From: the human T2T-CHM13v2.0 reference genome, Homo sapiens
Assembly: GCF_009914755.1 (NCBI RefSeq)
Contig: NC_060926.1
Reading direction: 5' to 3' (one strand)
Length of the DNA stretch: 64,000 nucleotides
In this document: positions 50,289 to 63,200 of the stretch, piece after piece
How the letters are laid out: each line of letters begins with the position of its first letter
How positions within the stretch are numbered: the stretch's first letter is position 1
Program-made: the position numbers and the translations under genes
Notes under the pieces: model-generated
What the model was told of the DNA's origin: nothing
Seen by the model: the letters and a program-made list of their open reading frames with translations, nothing else
Database searches by the model: none

Positions 50289-50419
50289 GTGTCTGGCCAG
50301 AAGGATCTGATGGGACAGATATCAATGCACTGGTGCGATCCCACAATAGAAAGGTGATAGCTGTTGCCGATGACTTTTGTAAAGTCCATCTGTTTCAGTA
50401 TCCCTGCTCCAAAGCAAAG
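50289..50419 (+). CDS. EML4: EML4 exon 22 (131 nt)
   Basis: tcaaag acceptor; (G)VWPEGSDGTDINALVRSHNRKVIAVADDFCKVHLFQYPCSKAK; donor gtaaac. Confidence 0.96.
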
Positions 50420-51136
50420 GTAAACTCACTTTAATAGAAACTAATGTTATAAGGCCTTCTGTCCAGGGATGATTTTGCATCCATAGCAAGAAAATATAGG
50501 TTACTGATTCCTCTCCATGATACTCCAGTGCACAGAGGGAGATAAGGGCCATCGGTGAGCATCCATCCAGGCAGTGCTTGTCTTCTCCCCCTTCCTAAGG
50601 CTAAGGAGAAGTGAGCTGTAGAAATGACGACCGATGATGTTATTCCTGTTTCTTTATTGTCCGGTTGCTTTTTATTTTGATTTGTTGGCAATTTAAAATC
50701 TCTCCTAAATATTTTAAAATATTTTATTTGTTGGATACATATTCAACGTTATAAAACTAATGGAACTGTTTCCCGAATGTCCTGTAATCCTACCAACATA
50801 GTAAATGTTCCCCTAACCATTTCAGAAGAATAATTACTAAGCTCTGGCAAGTATACGACCAACATCTAGAAGAGACAGACTTTTAGCTATTTTTTTAAAC
50901 ATATAGTGTGAAAATACAGAGATGTCCAATTCTTCTGTTTCGTTTTTCCTATGTAAAGTGATAATAAAAGGAAATAACGGCTAGCCTTACTCCTGAGATT
51001 TGATGACTTCTGGCTTTAAATTGGATTGCCCATTTCACAAGCTGAGTTTACCCCCCTTACGTATCACCTCCATTTCTGAAACAGGCATGTCAAGAATGAG
51101 TTTAATTTTCCTGTCTGTCTGATTTATTTCATATAG

Positions 51137-51610
51137 GCTCCCAGTCACAAGTACAGTGCCCACAGCAGCCATGTCACCAATGTCAGTTTTACTCACAATG
51201 ACAGTCACCTGATATCAACTGGTGGAAAAGACATGAGCATCATTCAGTGGAAACTTGTGGAAAAGTTATCTTTGCCTCAGAATGAGACTGTAGCGGATAC
51301 TACTCTAACCAAAGCCCCCGTCTCTTCCACTGAAAGTGTCATCCAATCTAATACTCCCACACCGCCTCCTTCTCAGCCCTTAAATGAGACAGCTGAAGAG
51401 GAAAGTAGAATAAGCAGTTCTCCCACACTTCTGGAGAACAGCCTGGAACAAACTGTGGAGCCAAGTGAAGACCACAGCGAGGAGGAGAGTGAAGAGGGCA
51501 GCGGAGACCTTGGTGAGCCTCTTTATGAAGAGCCATGCAACGAGATAAGCAAGGAGCAGGCCAAAGCCACCCTTCTGGAGGACCAGCAAGACCCTTCGCC
51601 CTCGTCCTAA
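51137..51610 (+). CDS. EML4: EML4 exon 23 coding part: last WD blade and acidic Ser/Glu/Pro-rich tail, stop TAA
   Basis: atatag acceptor; APSHKYSAHSSHVTNVSF...DQQDPSPSS*; ORF 51233..51610 is its 3' part. Confidence 0.97.
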   Translation, partial: APSHKYSAHSSHVTNVSFTHNDSHLISTGGKDMSIIQWKLVEKLSLPQNETVADTTLTKAPVSSTESVIQSNTPTPPPSQPLNETAEEESRISSSPTLLENSLEQTVEPSEDHSEEESEEGSGDLGEPLYEEPCNEISKEQAKATLLEDQQDPSPSS

Positions 51611-53950
51611 CACCCTGGCTTCAGTGCAACTCTTTTCCTTCAGCTGCATGTGATTTTGTGATAAAGTTCAGGTAACAGGATGGGCAGTGATGGAGAATCA
51701 CTGTTGATTGAGATTTTGGTTTCCATGTGATTTGTTTTCTTCAATAGTCTTATTTTCAGTCTCTCAAATACAGCCAACTTAAAGTTTTAGTTTGGTGTTT
51801 ATTGAAAATTAACCAAACTTAATACTAGGAGAAGACTGAATCATTAATGATGTCTCACAAATTACTGTGTACCTAAGTGGTGTGATGTAAATACTGGAAA
51901 CAAAAACAGCAGTTGCATTGATTTTGAAAACAAACCCCCTTGTTATCTGAACATGTTTTCTTCAGGAACAACCAGAGGTATCACAAACACTGTTACTCAT
52001 CTACTGGCTCAGACTGTACTACTTTTTTTTTTTTTTTTCCTGAAAAAGAAACCAGAAAAAAATGTACTCTTACTGAGATACCCTCTCACCCCAAATGTGT
52101 AATGGAAAATTTTTAATTAAGAAAAACTTCAGTTTTGCCAAGTGCAATGGTGTTGCCTTCTTTAAAAAATGCCGTTTTCTTACACTACCAGTGGATGTCC
52201 AGACATGCTCTTAGTCTACTAGAGAGGTGCTGCCTTTTCTAAGTCATAATGAGGAACAGTCCCTTAATTTCTTGTGTGCAACTCTGTTTTATCCTAGAAC
52301 TAAGAGAGCATTGGTTTGTTAAAGAGCTTTCAATGTATATTAAAACCTTCAATACTCAGAAATGATGGATTCCTCCAAGGAGTCCTTTACTAGCCTAAAC
52401 ATTCTCAAATGTTTGAGATTCAAGTGAATGGAAGGAAAACCACATGCCTTTAAAACTAAACTGTAATAATTACCTGGCTAATTTCAGCTAAGCCTTCATC
52501 ATAATTTGTTCCCTCAGTAATAGGAGAAATATAAATACAGTAAGTTTAGATTATTGAATTGGTGCTTGAAATTTATTGGTTTTGTTGTAATTTTATACAG
52601 ATTATATGAGGGATAAGATACTCATCAAATTGCAAATTCTTTTTTTTACAGAAGTGTGGGTAACAGTCACAGCAGTTTTTTTTACCAACAGCATACTTAA
52701 CAGACTTGCTGTGTAGCAGTTTTTTTCTGGTGGAGTTGCTGTAAGTCTTGTAAGTCTAATGTGGCTATCCTACTCTTTTGGGCAATGCATGTATTATGCA
52801 TTGGAAAGGTATTTTTTTTAAGTTCTGTTGGCTAGCTATGGTTTTCAGTACATTTCCTACTTTAAGAGTAATTACTGACAAATATGTATTTCCTATATGT
52901 TTATACTTTGATTATAAAAAAGTATTTTGTTTTGATTTTTTAACTTGCTGCATTGTTTTGATACTTTCTATTTTTTTGGTCAAATCATGTTTAGAAACTT
53001 TGGATGAGTTAAGAAGTCTTAAGTATGCAGGCGTTTACGTGATTGTGCCATTCCAAAGTGCATCAGAACTGTCATTCCCTTCTAATATCTTCTCAGGAGT
53101 AATACAAATCAGGTATTTCATCATCATTTGGTAATATGAAAACTCCAGTGAACTCCCAAGGACATTTACAACATTTATATTCACACGCTGTATGGAAGGG
53201 TGTGGGTGTGTGTGAAGGGGCGAGTGGAGACACTGTGTGTATCTCTAGATAAGAAGATATGCACCACGTTGAAAATACTCAGTGTAGATCTCTATGTGTA
53301 TAGGTATCTGTATATCTTTCCTTTTGTTTACAACTGTTAAAAAACCTCAAAATAGTTCTCTTCAAAAGAAGAGAGATTCCAAGCAACCCATCTTTCTTCA
53401 GTATGTATGTTCTGTACATACTTATCGGAGCGCGCCAGTAAGTATCAGGCATATATATCTGTCTGTTAGCAATGATTATTACATCATCAGATCAGCATGT
53501 GCTATACTCCCTGCAAGAAATATACTGACATGAACAGGCAGTTCTTGGAGGAGAAAGAGCATTTCTTTAAGTACCTGGGGAATACAGCTCTCAGTGATCA
53601 GCAGGGAGTTTATTTGAGGACATCAGTCACCTTTGGGGTTGCCATGTACAATGAGATTTATAATCATGATACTCTTCGGTGGTAGTTTCAAAAGACACTA
53701 CTAATACGCAGGAAGCGTTCCAGCTATTTAATGCTGGCAACTACTGTTTAATGGTCAGTTAAATCTGTGATAATGGTTGGAAGTGGGTGGGGTTATGAAA
53801 TTGTAGATGTTTTTAGAAAAACTTGTGAATGAAAATGAATCCAAGTGTTTCATGTGAAGATGTTGAGCCATTGCTATCATGCATTCCTGTCTCATGGCAG
53901 AAAATTTTGAAGATTAAAAAATAAAATAATCAAAATGTTTCCTCTTTCTA
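51611..53950 (+). other. EML4: EML4 3'UTR (~2.3 kb)
   Basis: AU-rich, Alu-free stretch from the stop codon to just past the polyA signals; cleavage site estimated. Confidence 0.85.
53913..53925 (+). terminator. EML4 distal polyadenylation signals (ATTAAA 53913-53918, AATAAA 53920-53925)
   Basis: two hexamers followed ~25 nt later by a probable cleavage site and a U/GU-rich tract. Confidence 0.85.
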
Positions 53951-54945
53951 AGTGCGTCTTAACTCTTTCTTCATTTATACTGAGAGTTTCCATGACTATC
54001 CAGTTATCAGAAGGCATGACAATTCAGAAGACAACATTTATCAGTGGGCTACTGCTGCTGCTGTGGATAAAATCATTCTGGTAGTAACAAACTCCCATCT
54101 CATAATGTTAGAGGAAATTACTTCTGATTTATGCTCCCCCTGAATATGTGGATAGCTTTGTTTTCACTTATTTCATGTCAGCACTTTCTCTAATGTTTAA
54201 TATTGGATAGTCCTGATAATCTTCGTTACCCATCCGACTAGGCTGCCTCGCAGTGTTAGCCTTTGTGAAGTACTTGAACTCAGTAGGCCATGGCATTCTC
54301 TGCTTTCTCCCATCTCTCCCATGTTGCTTTTTAACGCAGATCTTCTGTATACCACAATCACAAATTGGCTACTACAAATGTTTCTTTATAAAGAATAGGT
54401 TGATTGATAGTATTCCAAACATTCCCCAGGTTTACAATCATAGAAATGATGGGGTTTTCATTATTGCCTTACTCGTCCCTGGTGACTGAATATTCACAGC
54501 CACTTACTTACATATACTAATCCATGAGAGGCTATCCTGGGGTAGGAGTTCCATTTTCACTGATTCTGAGACAGAATGGCTAGTGGGCACCAAAACAAAC
54601 CCACTCAACAATGTGATTTTTCTTCACAAGTAAGAAAATCCAAAACTACTTCTATGGCGAAATGATGAATTAGATTTTGGGCACATTGAGGTGTTGTATT
54701 AGTGTAACTTCTAGAAGGAACTAGTTTTCCAGCTTAAAGCTGGAAATAAAGGATAAGTACATGTTTTTAGGACCACGAAGGCTGAAGAGCAGATGGGCAG
54801 GATATGGACCAAGAAGAGCTGCCCCTGGAGGAGTACCTACTGTGGGCCCAACATCTCCCAATACCCAGGTGTTCAGGGATACAGGGAGGTGACTGTAGAT
54901 GAAGAAATGAGTTTGGGAGATTTAGTAACCAGCCTATGTTCATTT

Positions 54946-55272
54946 AGATCATGGCCATGCTGAGACTTTATGTTCTAGAACTTCAAAATTTGTACTTCCT
55001 CCACTACACTAGGAGAAAGACATTCATTAGACATAGAAGGAAAGGACCAGGGTAGATTCACAGACTTACTTTGGAAAGGAGATAAGGGAAACAGAAGAGA
55101 GTCTGTGTCAGTCTTGGTCCTCAGTCTGGGACGAGGTGAGTCCACGACACAGCAGTGCCGCACATCTGTATCACCATCACTGAAGCCCTGCTGGAAAAGT
55201 CCCTTTGTCCAAGATGCCCACGACTGGAGTCTCCAGCGGCCACAGAAACAGAATGGTCTGTAGGTATGTTTC
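54946..55272 (-). other. Candidate minus-strand terminal exon (possibly an alternative last exon of the neighbouring gene)
   Basis: minus-strand acceptor cctgtttatttttag|gaaac before 55272; variant PAS CATAAA at 54972-54967. Confidence 0.4.
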
Positions 55273-55465
55273 CTAAAAATAAACAGGTGCATCTCCTTGT
55301 GAAGGGGCAGCTCCTGCTCTCCTCACAGGGACTCATGTAATGTTAGTCATTTTGTGCTGATTGGTTCACCTTTTCCAAAAGAAACTTGAATTTCTGCTCT
55401 ACCTTCCCTTCATTAATAGATCCTGATAGTAGCCTTAAAAGCTTTGATGTAAAGAAGACATTTCC

Positions 55466-55753
55466 GCTGGGCACGGTAGCTGACACCTGTAATCCCAGCA
55501 CTTTGGGAGGCTGAGGCAGGTGATCACTGGAGCCCAGGAGTTCAAGACCAGCCTGGGCAACATGGTGAAACCCCATCTCTACCAAAAATACAGAAAAAAA
55601 AAAATCCAGGTGTGGTGGCGCGCACCTGTAGTCCCAGCTACTAGGAAGGCTGAGGTGGGAGAATCGCTTGAACCCAGGTGAGATTGCAGTGAGCTGAGAT
55701 TGCACCACTGCACTCCAGCCTGGGCAACAGAGGAGACCCTATCTCAAAAATAA
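55466..55753 (+). mobile_element. Alu (S/J)
   Basis: sense dimer; TSD acatttcc. Confidence 0.88.
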
Positions 55754-55935
55754 ACATTTCCTAGACAAAGGAAAAGGAAGAAGAACAAATAGAAAAGTTT
55801 GTCTCCTGGGAACGTCAGACTGTTTCATTTCTTTATCCACTATCTCTTCATGGGTGATGTCAAGAGACCATGGCTTACTGAACTGACCACTTTTAAAGAA
55901 TCTGCCAATCCAAACAGGACCACATTCATTACTAG

Positions 55936-56249
<314 letters not shown>

Positions 56250-56441
56250 TGATGTATGCTCTTAAAGGCCAAACAATTGTTCCCACATCCTCTCCCCTGT
56301 GTATCACAAAGCATCAGTATTTAAACATCCACCATGAGCCTTGTTGGATTCTGATTCAAACAAATGGTAGAAAACATTGAGACAATTGGGGAATTGTGAA
56401 CACTGGATATTTCATAAGCAATTATTTTAAGTGTGACAATA

Positions 56442-56773
<332 letters not shown>

Positions 56774-58649
56774 TTAAAAAGCATCCTTAACTTGAAAATA
56801 AATAACAATTCAGAAATCTGGTAGAAAACCTAAAGGGCACCACTTCTATGTCTCAAAGGACAAAAACATGAAAAAATAGGCTGAAATAAAACCGAGGTGT
56901 TCAATGATTAAAATATGGCCCAGCCCCATGACTAGATGCTACTCAATGAAAACAGTTAACACTTCATGTGTTTAACATGTATTAACTCAATCTTTTCAAA
57001 ATACTAAATTCGATTATCTCCATTTCACAGATGAAGAAACTTGAGGTACAGAGAAGCCGACTGGCTGAGTTACGAGTTGAAGCCCGGTACTCCCGCCTCC
57101 GGAGTCCGTGCAGCCAGCTGCCATGCTCGCTTGCTGTAGGTTATATGCACTGTAAAATAACAATGGTTGTTAATAAGAATGAAATCGGTTAAACTTCCAG
57201 TAGAAGAACTTAAGACTGGCAGAAGAGAAGGTGATGATGAGGCTTTGGACTTTGAATCGTGTCAAGAGGTGAAGGGGGGATTATGCACAAATCCTTCCCT
57301 ACTATCCCTACAACCACAGCATGGGGCAGAGGAACCGCTAGGCTGGTTCACTGTGGCACCTGCTGCCAGCAAATGCCTGTTCTTCCTGCCTTCTCTGACC
57401 ATGGGCACAGAAGTCCTCAGTCCCTAATGTTCAATTTAAACCTATTGGTGTGAAGACACCACTCCCTTATTATCCAGGCTTTGGGCAATTTCCATTTCAC
57501 TGAGCTCAGCGTGGCAGCTTCTCTCTGTCATTGGCCACGTGCTTTTTCCGCTTGGTCCTCATTCCCCATCCCTCACTTCCTGTGGCCAGTGTTGGGAGGT
57601 TGGGCCAACTCCATGCTCAGCCATAGAATTTTGATCTTCCGTCCCTTCTCCCTGTTAGCAATATAATCCTGTAGTCCTGAAAATAGATTTTCCTGAGGAG
57701 CCATCCATTTGACAGACAGATGAATATGGACCACTGCTGATGATTACTAAGTATCTCAGTGGGATTCAACAAAATCGATTCCAGAGGCCGACATCAACTC
57801 CTGACAGGGTGTCCTTTCACCAGATCTCATTGAAGGCACTGAGAAGAAAGTGAGTGCCCGGAGAAAGGGCCTCAGGGAGGAAAAGGAATTTCTTAATATG
57901 CAAAGCCTTCAGCCTGGTCATCCCATCTCATGCTTGACTGATCACAGTAACCAAGCCCTTGTGCCTCCTAGGAAAGGTCACAGGAGACTCCGGAGCCTGC
58001 CACTGTCAACAGTGATGCCCGTTTGGCTGGCACTGGGTTGGAATGATTTGATAACCTGGTTAGAAGCAGGGAAACCAGAAGCTGGAGCCGTCACCGTAGA
58101 GCTCTGTTTCAATTGACAAATGCAAGCCAGATGCCTTACAGCAGCTCCTCTTCTACGGACTTCAGTCTCTCTACAAGAAACATGCATTGTGTTGCCACCA
58201 CCTTCAAAGTGGCAGCCAGTGTGAATCCTGGGGGAGTTTATGTGGGACTCAGGATCCAAAGGAGGCACCCATTCATCAGATATATATTAAGAACCTGCCT
58301 AGTGCAAGGAACTGTGTGGGGCTCAGCAAGGAATCCCAAAATGAGAAAGATTAGCCCCTGCCCTCACGGAGCATACACTCTAGAAAGGTTGTAAAAACAA
58401 ACTTTGTATATTTTAGAATTGGATTAGAGCAAAGTCAGGTTCCCTCAAAATTAGAAAATTGTAACTAGATGCTATAATGTATAATGGATGTACAAAGTAA
58501 ACGTACAAAGTAAATTATTCCTAAGGAATCTTGGATTACTCATGCACTGAAACCATCCACCCATTGCTTAAATTCTAGAATCAACCTCCAAAAGGCTGAA
58601 TCTCAATATTTAAAAAGTGATGTTGCTACTTCTGGAATCTTCACAGAAA

Positions 58650-59150
58650 AACCAAGGTGATGTGCAACCCACACAGTGGAATAATACTTAGCAAGAAAAA
58701 GGGCTGTGAACACATGCACATGTGATGGTGCTCACGGGCATGAGCAACAGTGAAAAGCAGCCCATCTCAAAACTCTACAAACTGCATCCCATTGATACAC
58801 CATTCTTGAAATGACAAAACTACAGAGACAGAGAAAAGACTAGTGACTTCAGGGGACAGGAATGGAAGGGAGGGGAGGCAACTACAAAGGGGTGGCACAA
58901 GGGGATTCCTCTGCAGTGACGATGAGTAGGATGGCGGCCACCATGAATCTACACGTGGGGTCAAATTCCATAGAGTGCACGCTGAACTGCTGAAAACCAA
59001 GGAAGCCTGTGGTCTGGATTACTGTGTCCTTCCAATGTTACTTTCCTGGTCTCATATAGTTAACGTAAGATCTCACCACTGGGGGAAGCAGAGGGAAGGG
59101 TTCATGGGACTCTTATTTTTGCAACTTCCTCAGAGTCTCAAAATAAAATA
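58650..59150 (+). mobile_element. Old L1 (L1M-type) 3' fragment
   Basis: cacagtggaataatacttagca...cattcttgaaatgacaaaactacagagacag...ttattttgcaacttcc. Confidence 0.7.
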
Positions 59151-60161
59151 TGTACATACTGACATAGAAACTTTACCTTCTTTTTATGCTTTTGAAGGGA
59201 ATATGGAGAAGAAAATGAGCCTTACTACCACGAAGCCTTTTGAAACTCTCCCTGCACGTGTGCACCTGCAGTGCTCCACTGACCAGTCAGAGGAGGCAGT
59301 GCGGACCGTGGGACCAAGCGGTGCCCACTGGCTTTCTAGCGCCCGCTCTGCTACCATGGGTCCCTGTGGGAGAACCCCTAGCATGGCGTGGCCATGAGGG
59401 AAGCCTAGGCGAGGGAGGGTGTCAGTCTGGGGTATGACTGTGAAGCTCAGCATCTGGGACCATAGGGACAAGAGACGACCCGGGAGCACTAAGAATTCAT
59501 CTTCTGGTCCGCCCCTCCGATGACGGTTGGTTGGTCCATAACCCTACTCCCCATGCTCCTGGCCCACATGCAAGGCAGAGACAGCCGTTCCGTGTTTCTC
59601 CCCCAGCCGCAGCGGCCAGGGAGCCGCTCCTCGTCTTGCTTCCGGTTGATGTGTCGTTGGTACTCCTCCTCGGATGCCCTCTCCTGAAGCCATCCAGCCT
59701 CTGCCTTTCCTTGCGTGTCTGGGCTGAATCAGCTTCCCTTATTCAGAATTAATCAAATGGAAAGGAAGAGCAGAATTTCACTCTCTAGCAGAGCCCTCCC
59801 AAGACTGCCGCAGAACTGAGATGAGGTGACCAGGCTTTCTCCGAGAGCGACAGGCCCCAGCTATGCTGGCAAGATCTGTGTTGATGTGGCCTGCCATGTG
59901 CTGCCCGTGAACATCTCCTCACCAGAATCATTAGCAGAAACGTTTGCCAGGCTTGGACATTTCCATGGAGAAGATGATTAATTATGAACCAAGAATCCCC
60001 CCGATAGGACTCAGCCCCCACCAAGACCGTAGAGCCTTAGTGTGATTCAACTCCATCCCCACCTGGCGGTCAGCCTGTCGAGGGGCCAGTGAGGAATCTG
60101 ACAGCAGGACTCTAACCACTGGCTACGGTGGAAAAGGCCTCAGGAAACAGTTTTCACTCAC

Positions 60162-60253
60162 AGGGAGAATTACTGCTTCCCATGAAAGCATTTTCCAGTG
60201 AGTGGAGGTGGGTTTAGGTGTTATCTGTGCGGCAGAGGTACCATCTCCCATGT
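60162..60253 (-). other. Candidate 92-nt minus-strand internal exon
   Basis: acceptor ccttcatcttctctttttcctttctag| and donor ct|gtgagt. Confidence 0.35.
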
Positions 60254-63200
60254 CTAGAAAGGAAAAAGAGAAGATGAAGGCCTTGCCCACATCCAATCCA
60301 AAGGGGAGAGACATCCTGGCGAGCTCAGCACATAAGAGAACGAGAGATTAGCTGTCCCTGCATCAGAGCGCCAGGAAGGCTGTCCCCTCTGATCACTGGC
60401 TGGAGCCTGCATCACAGTCACCCGTGTTTGCACTGGAAGCCATGGGCAACGCAACAGATTGTGAGGAAACCCTGCAGATGGCTCCGTTAATAAAGCTGCC
60501 GTTCACCATGCCAAAGCTGAAGTGGTTTCTATGGGAAACTCTCACAATAAAATAGAAGGAAGTTTTTTTAATCAAATTTTAGTAGTTAATTACTTTTTTT
60601 ATTAACCATTATCAAGTTTAAACACAAGGATTTGCCAGGGAGGGCACTCAGGAAACCACAGACGCGGCCGTTGGCACCACCAGGAGCTGAGGGGTTTCTC
60701 GGGCACAGGATCCCCCCAGCGGCTCTTGCTCCTCCATGTCCTGATTCAACGCTAGGCTCCGTTCCACACCACTCACTCGAAGCATGAGAGACACACACTA
60801 GTGGTGAACCAAGAGGACTGCGGGGCAGCCTCCAAGGCCACAGGCGTTACTCCTGCCTCTACAGAGCTGGCGCGGTGGCTTGAGCTCCAGGCATGTGAGC
60901 GACACTGGCCGACAACCTCCTTGAAACCCCCTCCTCTCCTGCCACCATTCCTCCTGGTTTCTTTCTTCCCTTCTGCCCTTCCTCCCTCCCTTTATCCCTC
61001 CCTCCTGCCTTGCTTTCCTCCTTTCTTATTTTTAACACTTTTTAAATTTATTACTTCCAATAAAGTGCAGAATCTCAGCGCATTGTGCACACATATACAC
61101 CCACACAGCCACCCCTGGAGGAAGACCTGGGATGCTGCCAGCACTCAGAAGTCGGCCTGTGACCCGCTCCTGTGAGGGACTCCCACAGGGCAGCCTCGAC
61201 TCTGACCTCCTGTCGCCACTGAAGACTTTGGTTTGGTTTTAGCTTTTACATGAATGGAACCCCAAGTGTGCTCTCTGTCGTGTCCACCTTCCTCTGTTCA
61301 CACAACCCGTGAACCTCGCTGCTCTCTTCCTCTCCACCCACCTTGTTCAGTCTTGGTTATCCCCCATTCTATTTCCTCACTCCCACACGACCCTCTGAAC
61401 AATGTCGCAGACACCCCTGGTTTCTGCAGCCACCTGTATATTCGGTCTCGAGTTTTAACTCCAGTCCAGATCCCTCGCCTTCTCCTCAGACCGAATGCTT
61501 ATGGGATTCCTCACCTAGAAGACCCATAGGCAACCCACATTCTCCAAAGAAACACGCCCTGCCTTGTTTACCCCCAGGTTCTGTACTCCACTCCCCACTC
61601 ACCCAGAAGCCAAGCTGCACCATCCTGGGGGTACCCCAGAGACAACCTCCCCTCTCCAGGGACGGGCAGTTGTCACACTGAGTTCACTCTGCCTTCCTCG
61701 CGCCCCTGGGATCCATTCTTTTCTCTCGTGCCCTCGGCTGTCACTCCCAGGCCCCCATCAGCTCTCATAACAACTCTTAATTATCAATTGTTGTAAGTCT
61801 TTTTCCTCTCCATTCTGTCCTCCACACTGCCACTGTGGGTTCAAAAGAAGCAAACCAAAACAAAAACATCCTTGCTGGATCAGGTGGTTAGTCCCGACAC
61901 ACACCCTGCTCACCAGCCAGAGTCCAGCTCTCGGGCCTGGCCCCAGGAATGTGCTCCGTAAGGCCTGAGCCTCTTCCTCTCATCCTGGATCCTGCCTTTC
62001 CTCTCTTCTCCCCGACCCCCCAGGCGCACCCGAGATGCCCTCACACCTCAGTGCATGCCTTCCCCATGTCCTCTAGTGGAAATCACCTACTCACGTGAGG
62101 TGCAAGTTCAACAGCGCCCCAGTGGGAGCTTCCCTGCCATTCCTCCTCTCACCTTCCCGGGGCCTGGCCCTGCACTGGGCCGCTCCACTGCACTCTGACT
62201 GTGCTCATCATTCTGCAAGCACGGGAGGCCAGGAGCAGTGTCGCCTTTCTCCATGTCTCCACTGCGCAGCACACTGCAGAAGGAATGATTTGTGCTTCAA
62301 GAGCTACTGATGGCAAAGGTGGGGCAAATGGTCGGCACCTCTAACCTCTGTTCAGACCTGGAGCCAAAGAAAGCGAGCTCACCTCTGGCATCCTGGGTTT
62401 GAAGGGCCTCAAGTGCCCCAGCCTGCAGAATCCCCACGCTGGCTTACGAGATTCTGTCTTGGTTATAACGTGTCACATCCATAATCAATGGAGAAAACAA
62501 ACAGAAAAAATATGCTGGATGACAACTTATGGGTGAGTCCCACAGGGGGACACAGTGGTTTATTTCAGTCCTCCCTCAACCCCTCCTGCTGTGGCCACTA
62601 GACAGGAGCGTGGAATGCTGGCCCTCAGGAGACTGAGGCTGCAGACAGGCCCTGATGAGAACTCACATCTACCCCTTGGCAGGAGCAAGGCCACCCACAC
62701 CTAAGGCATAAAGGCTCAGAATAAGCCAGGTCATGGCGTCGCAGGGGGCAGCACACTTCCCTCCCGACCTGCCCAAGTCCCACCTGGGCAGACCATGCCT
62801 CACTTGGTACCCCAAGGCCTGCCCAAGCTTGCCTGGGCTGGGCGGCCTACCTTAAACACTCCTTAACTTCCTTTCCCACAGCCATGGGATTGCTTTTTGC
62901 AAGTCATGTGGTTCAATCTAGCCAGCAGTGCTCCCCCAGCCCTCCTGCTGCCGTGGGCGCCCACATCCTTCAGCTCAAAGAACAGGTCCTGACTCAGAGT
63001 GATGGGTGGGGGGACACAAAGTTATAAAACCAACTTTCCAAATGACAATTTGCTCAAGAGTACTTAGTTCCAGAGGAGGCAAGGGAACAGCTACCAAGTA
63101 TAAACAAAGGCTGCTCTGTGTAACTCAACTTTAATTAGAATGACAACTAATTGAAAGTAATTTAATGCTAGTTCATGAAAGATTAATGGAATTCATGTTT

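Noticed and set aside
51669-51677. CAG|GTAACA donor-like site ~60 nt after the stop codon
   Set aside because: A single motif with no identifiable partner acceptor, so a 3'UTR intron cannot be supported.
57167-57427. Charged-looking ORF (VEELKTGRREGDDEALDF)
   Set aside because: Short, purine-rich bias explains it, and I recognise no parent gene.
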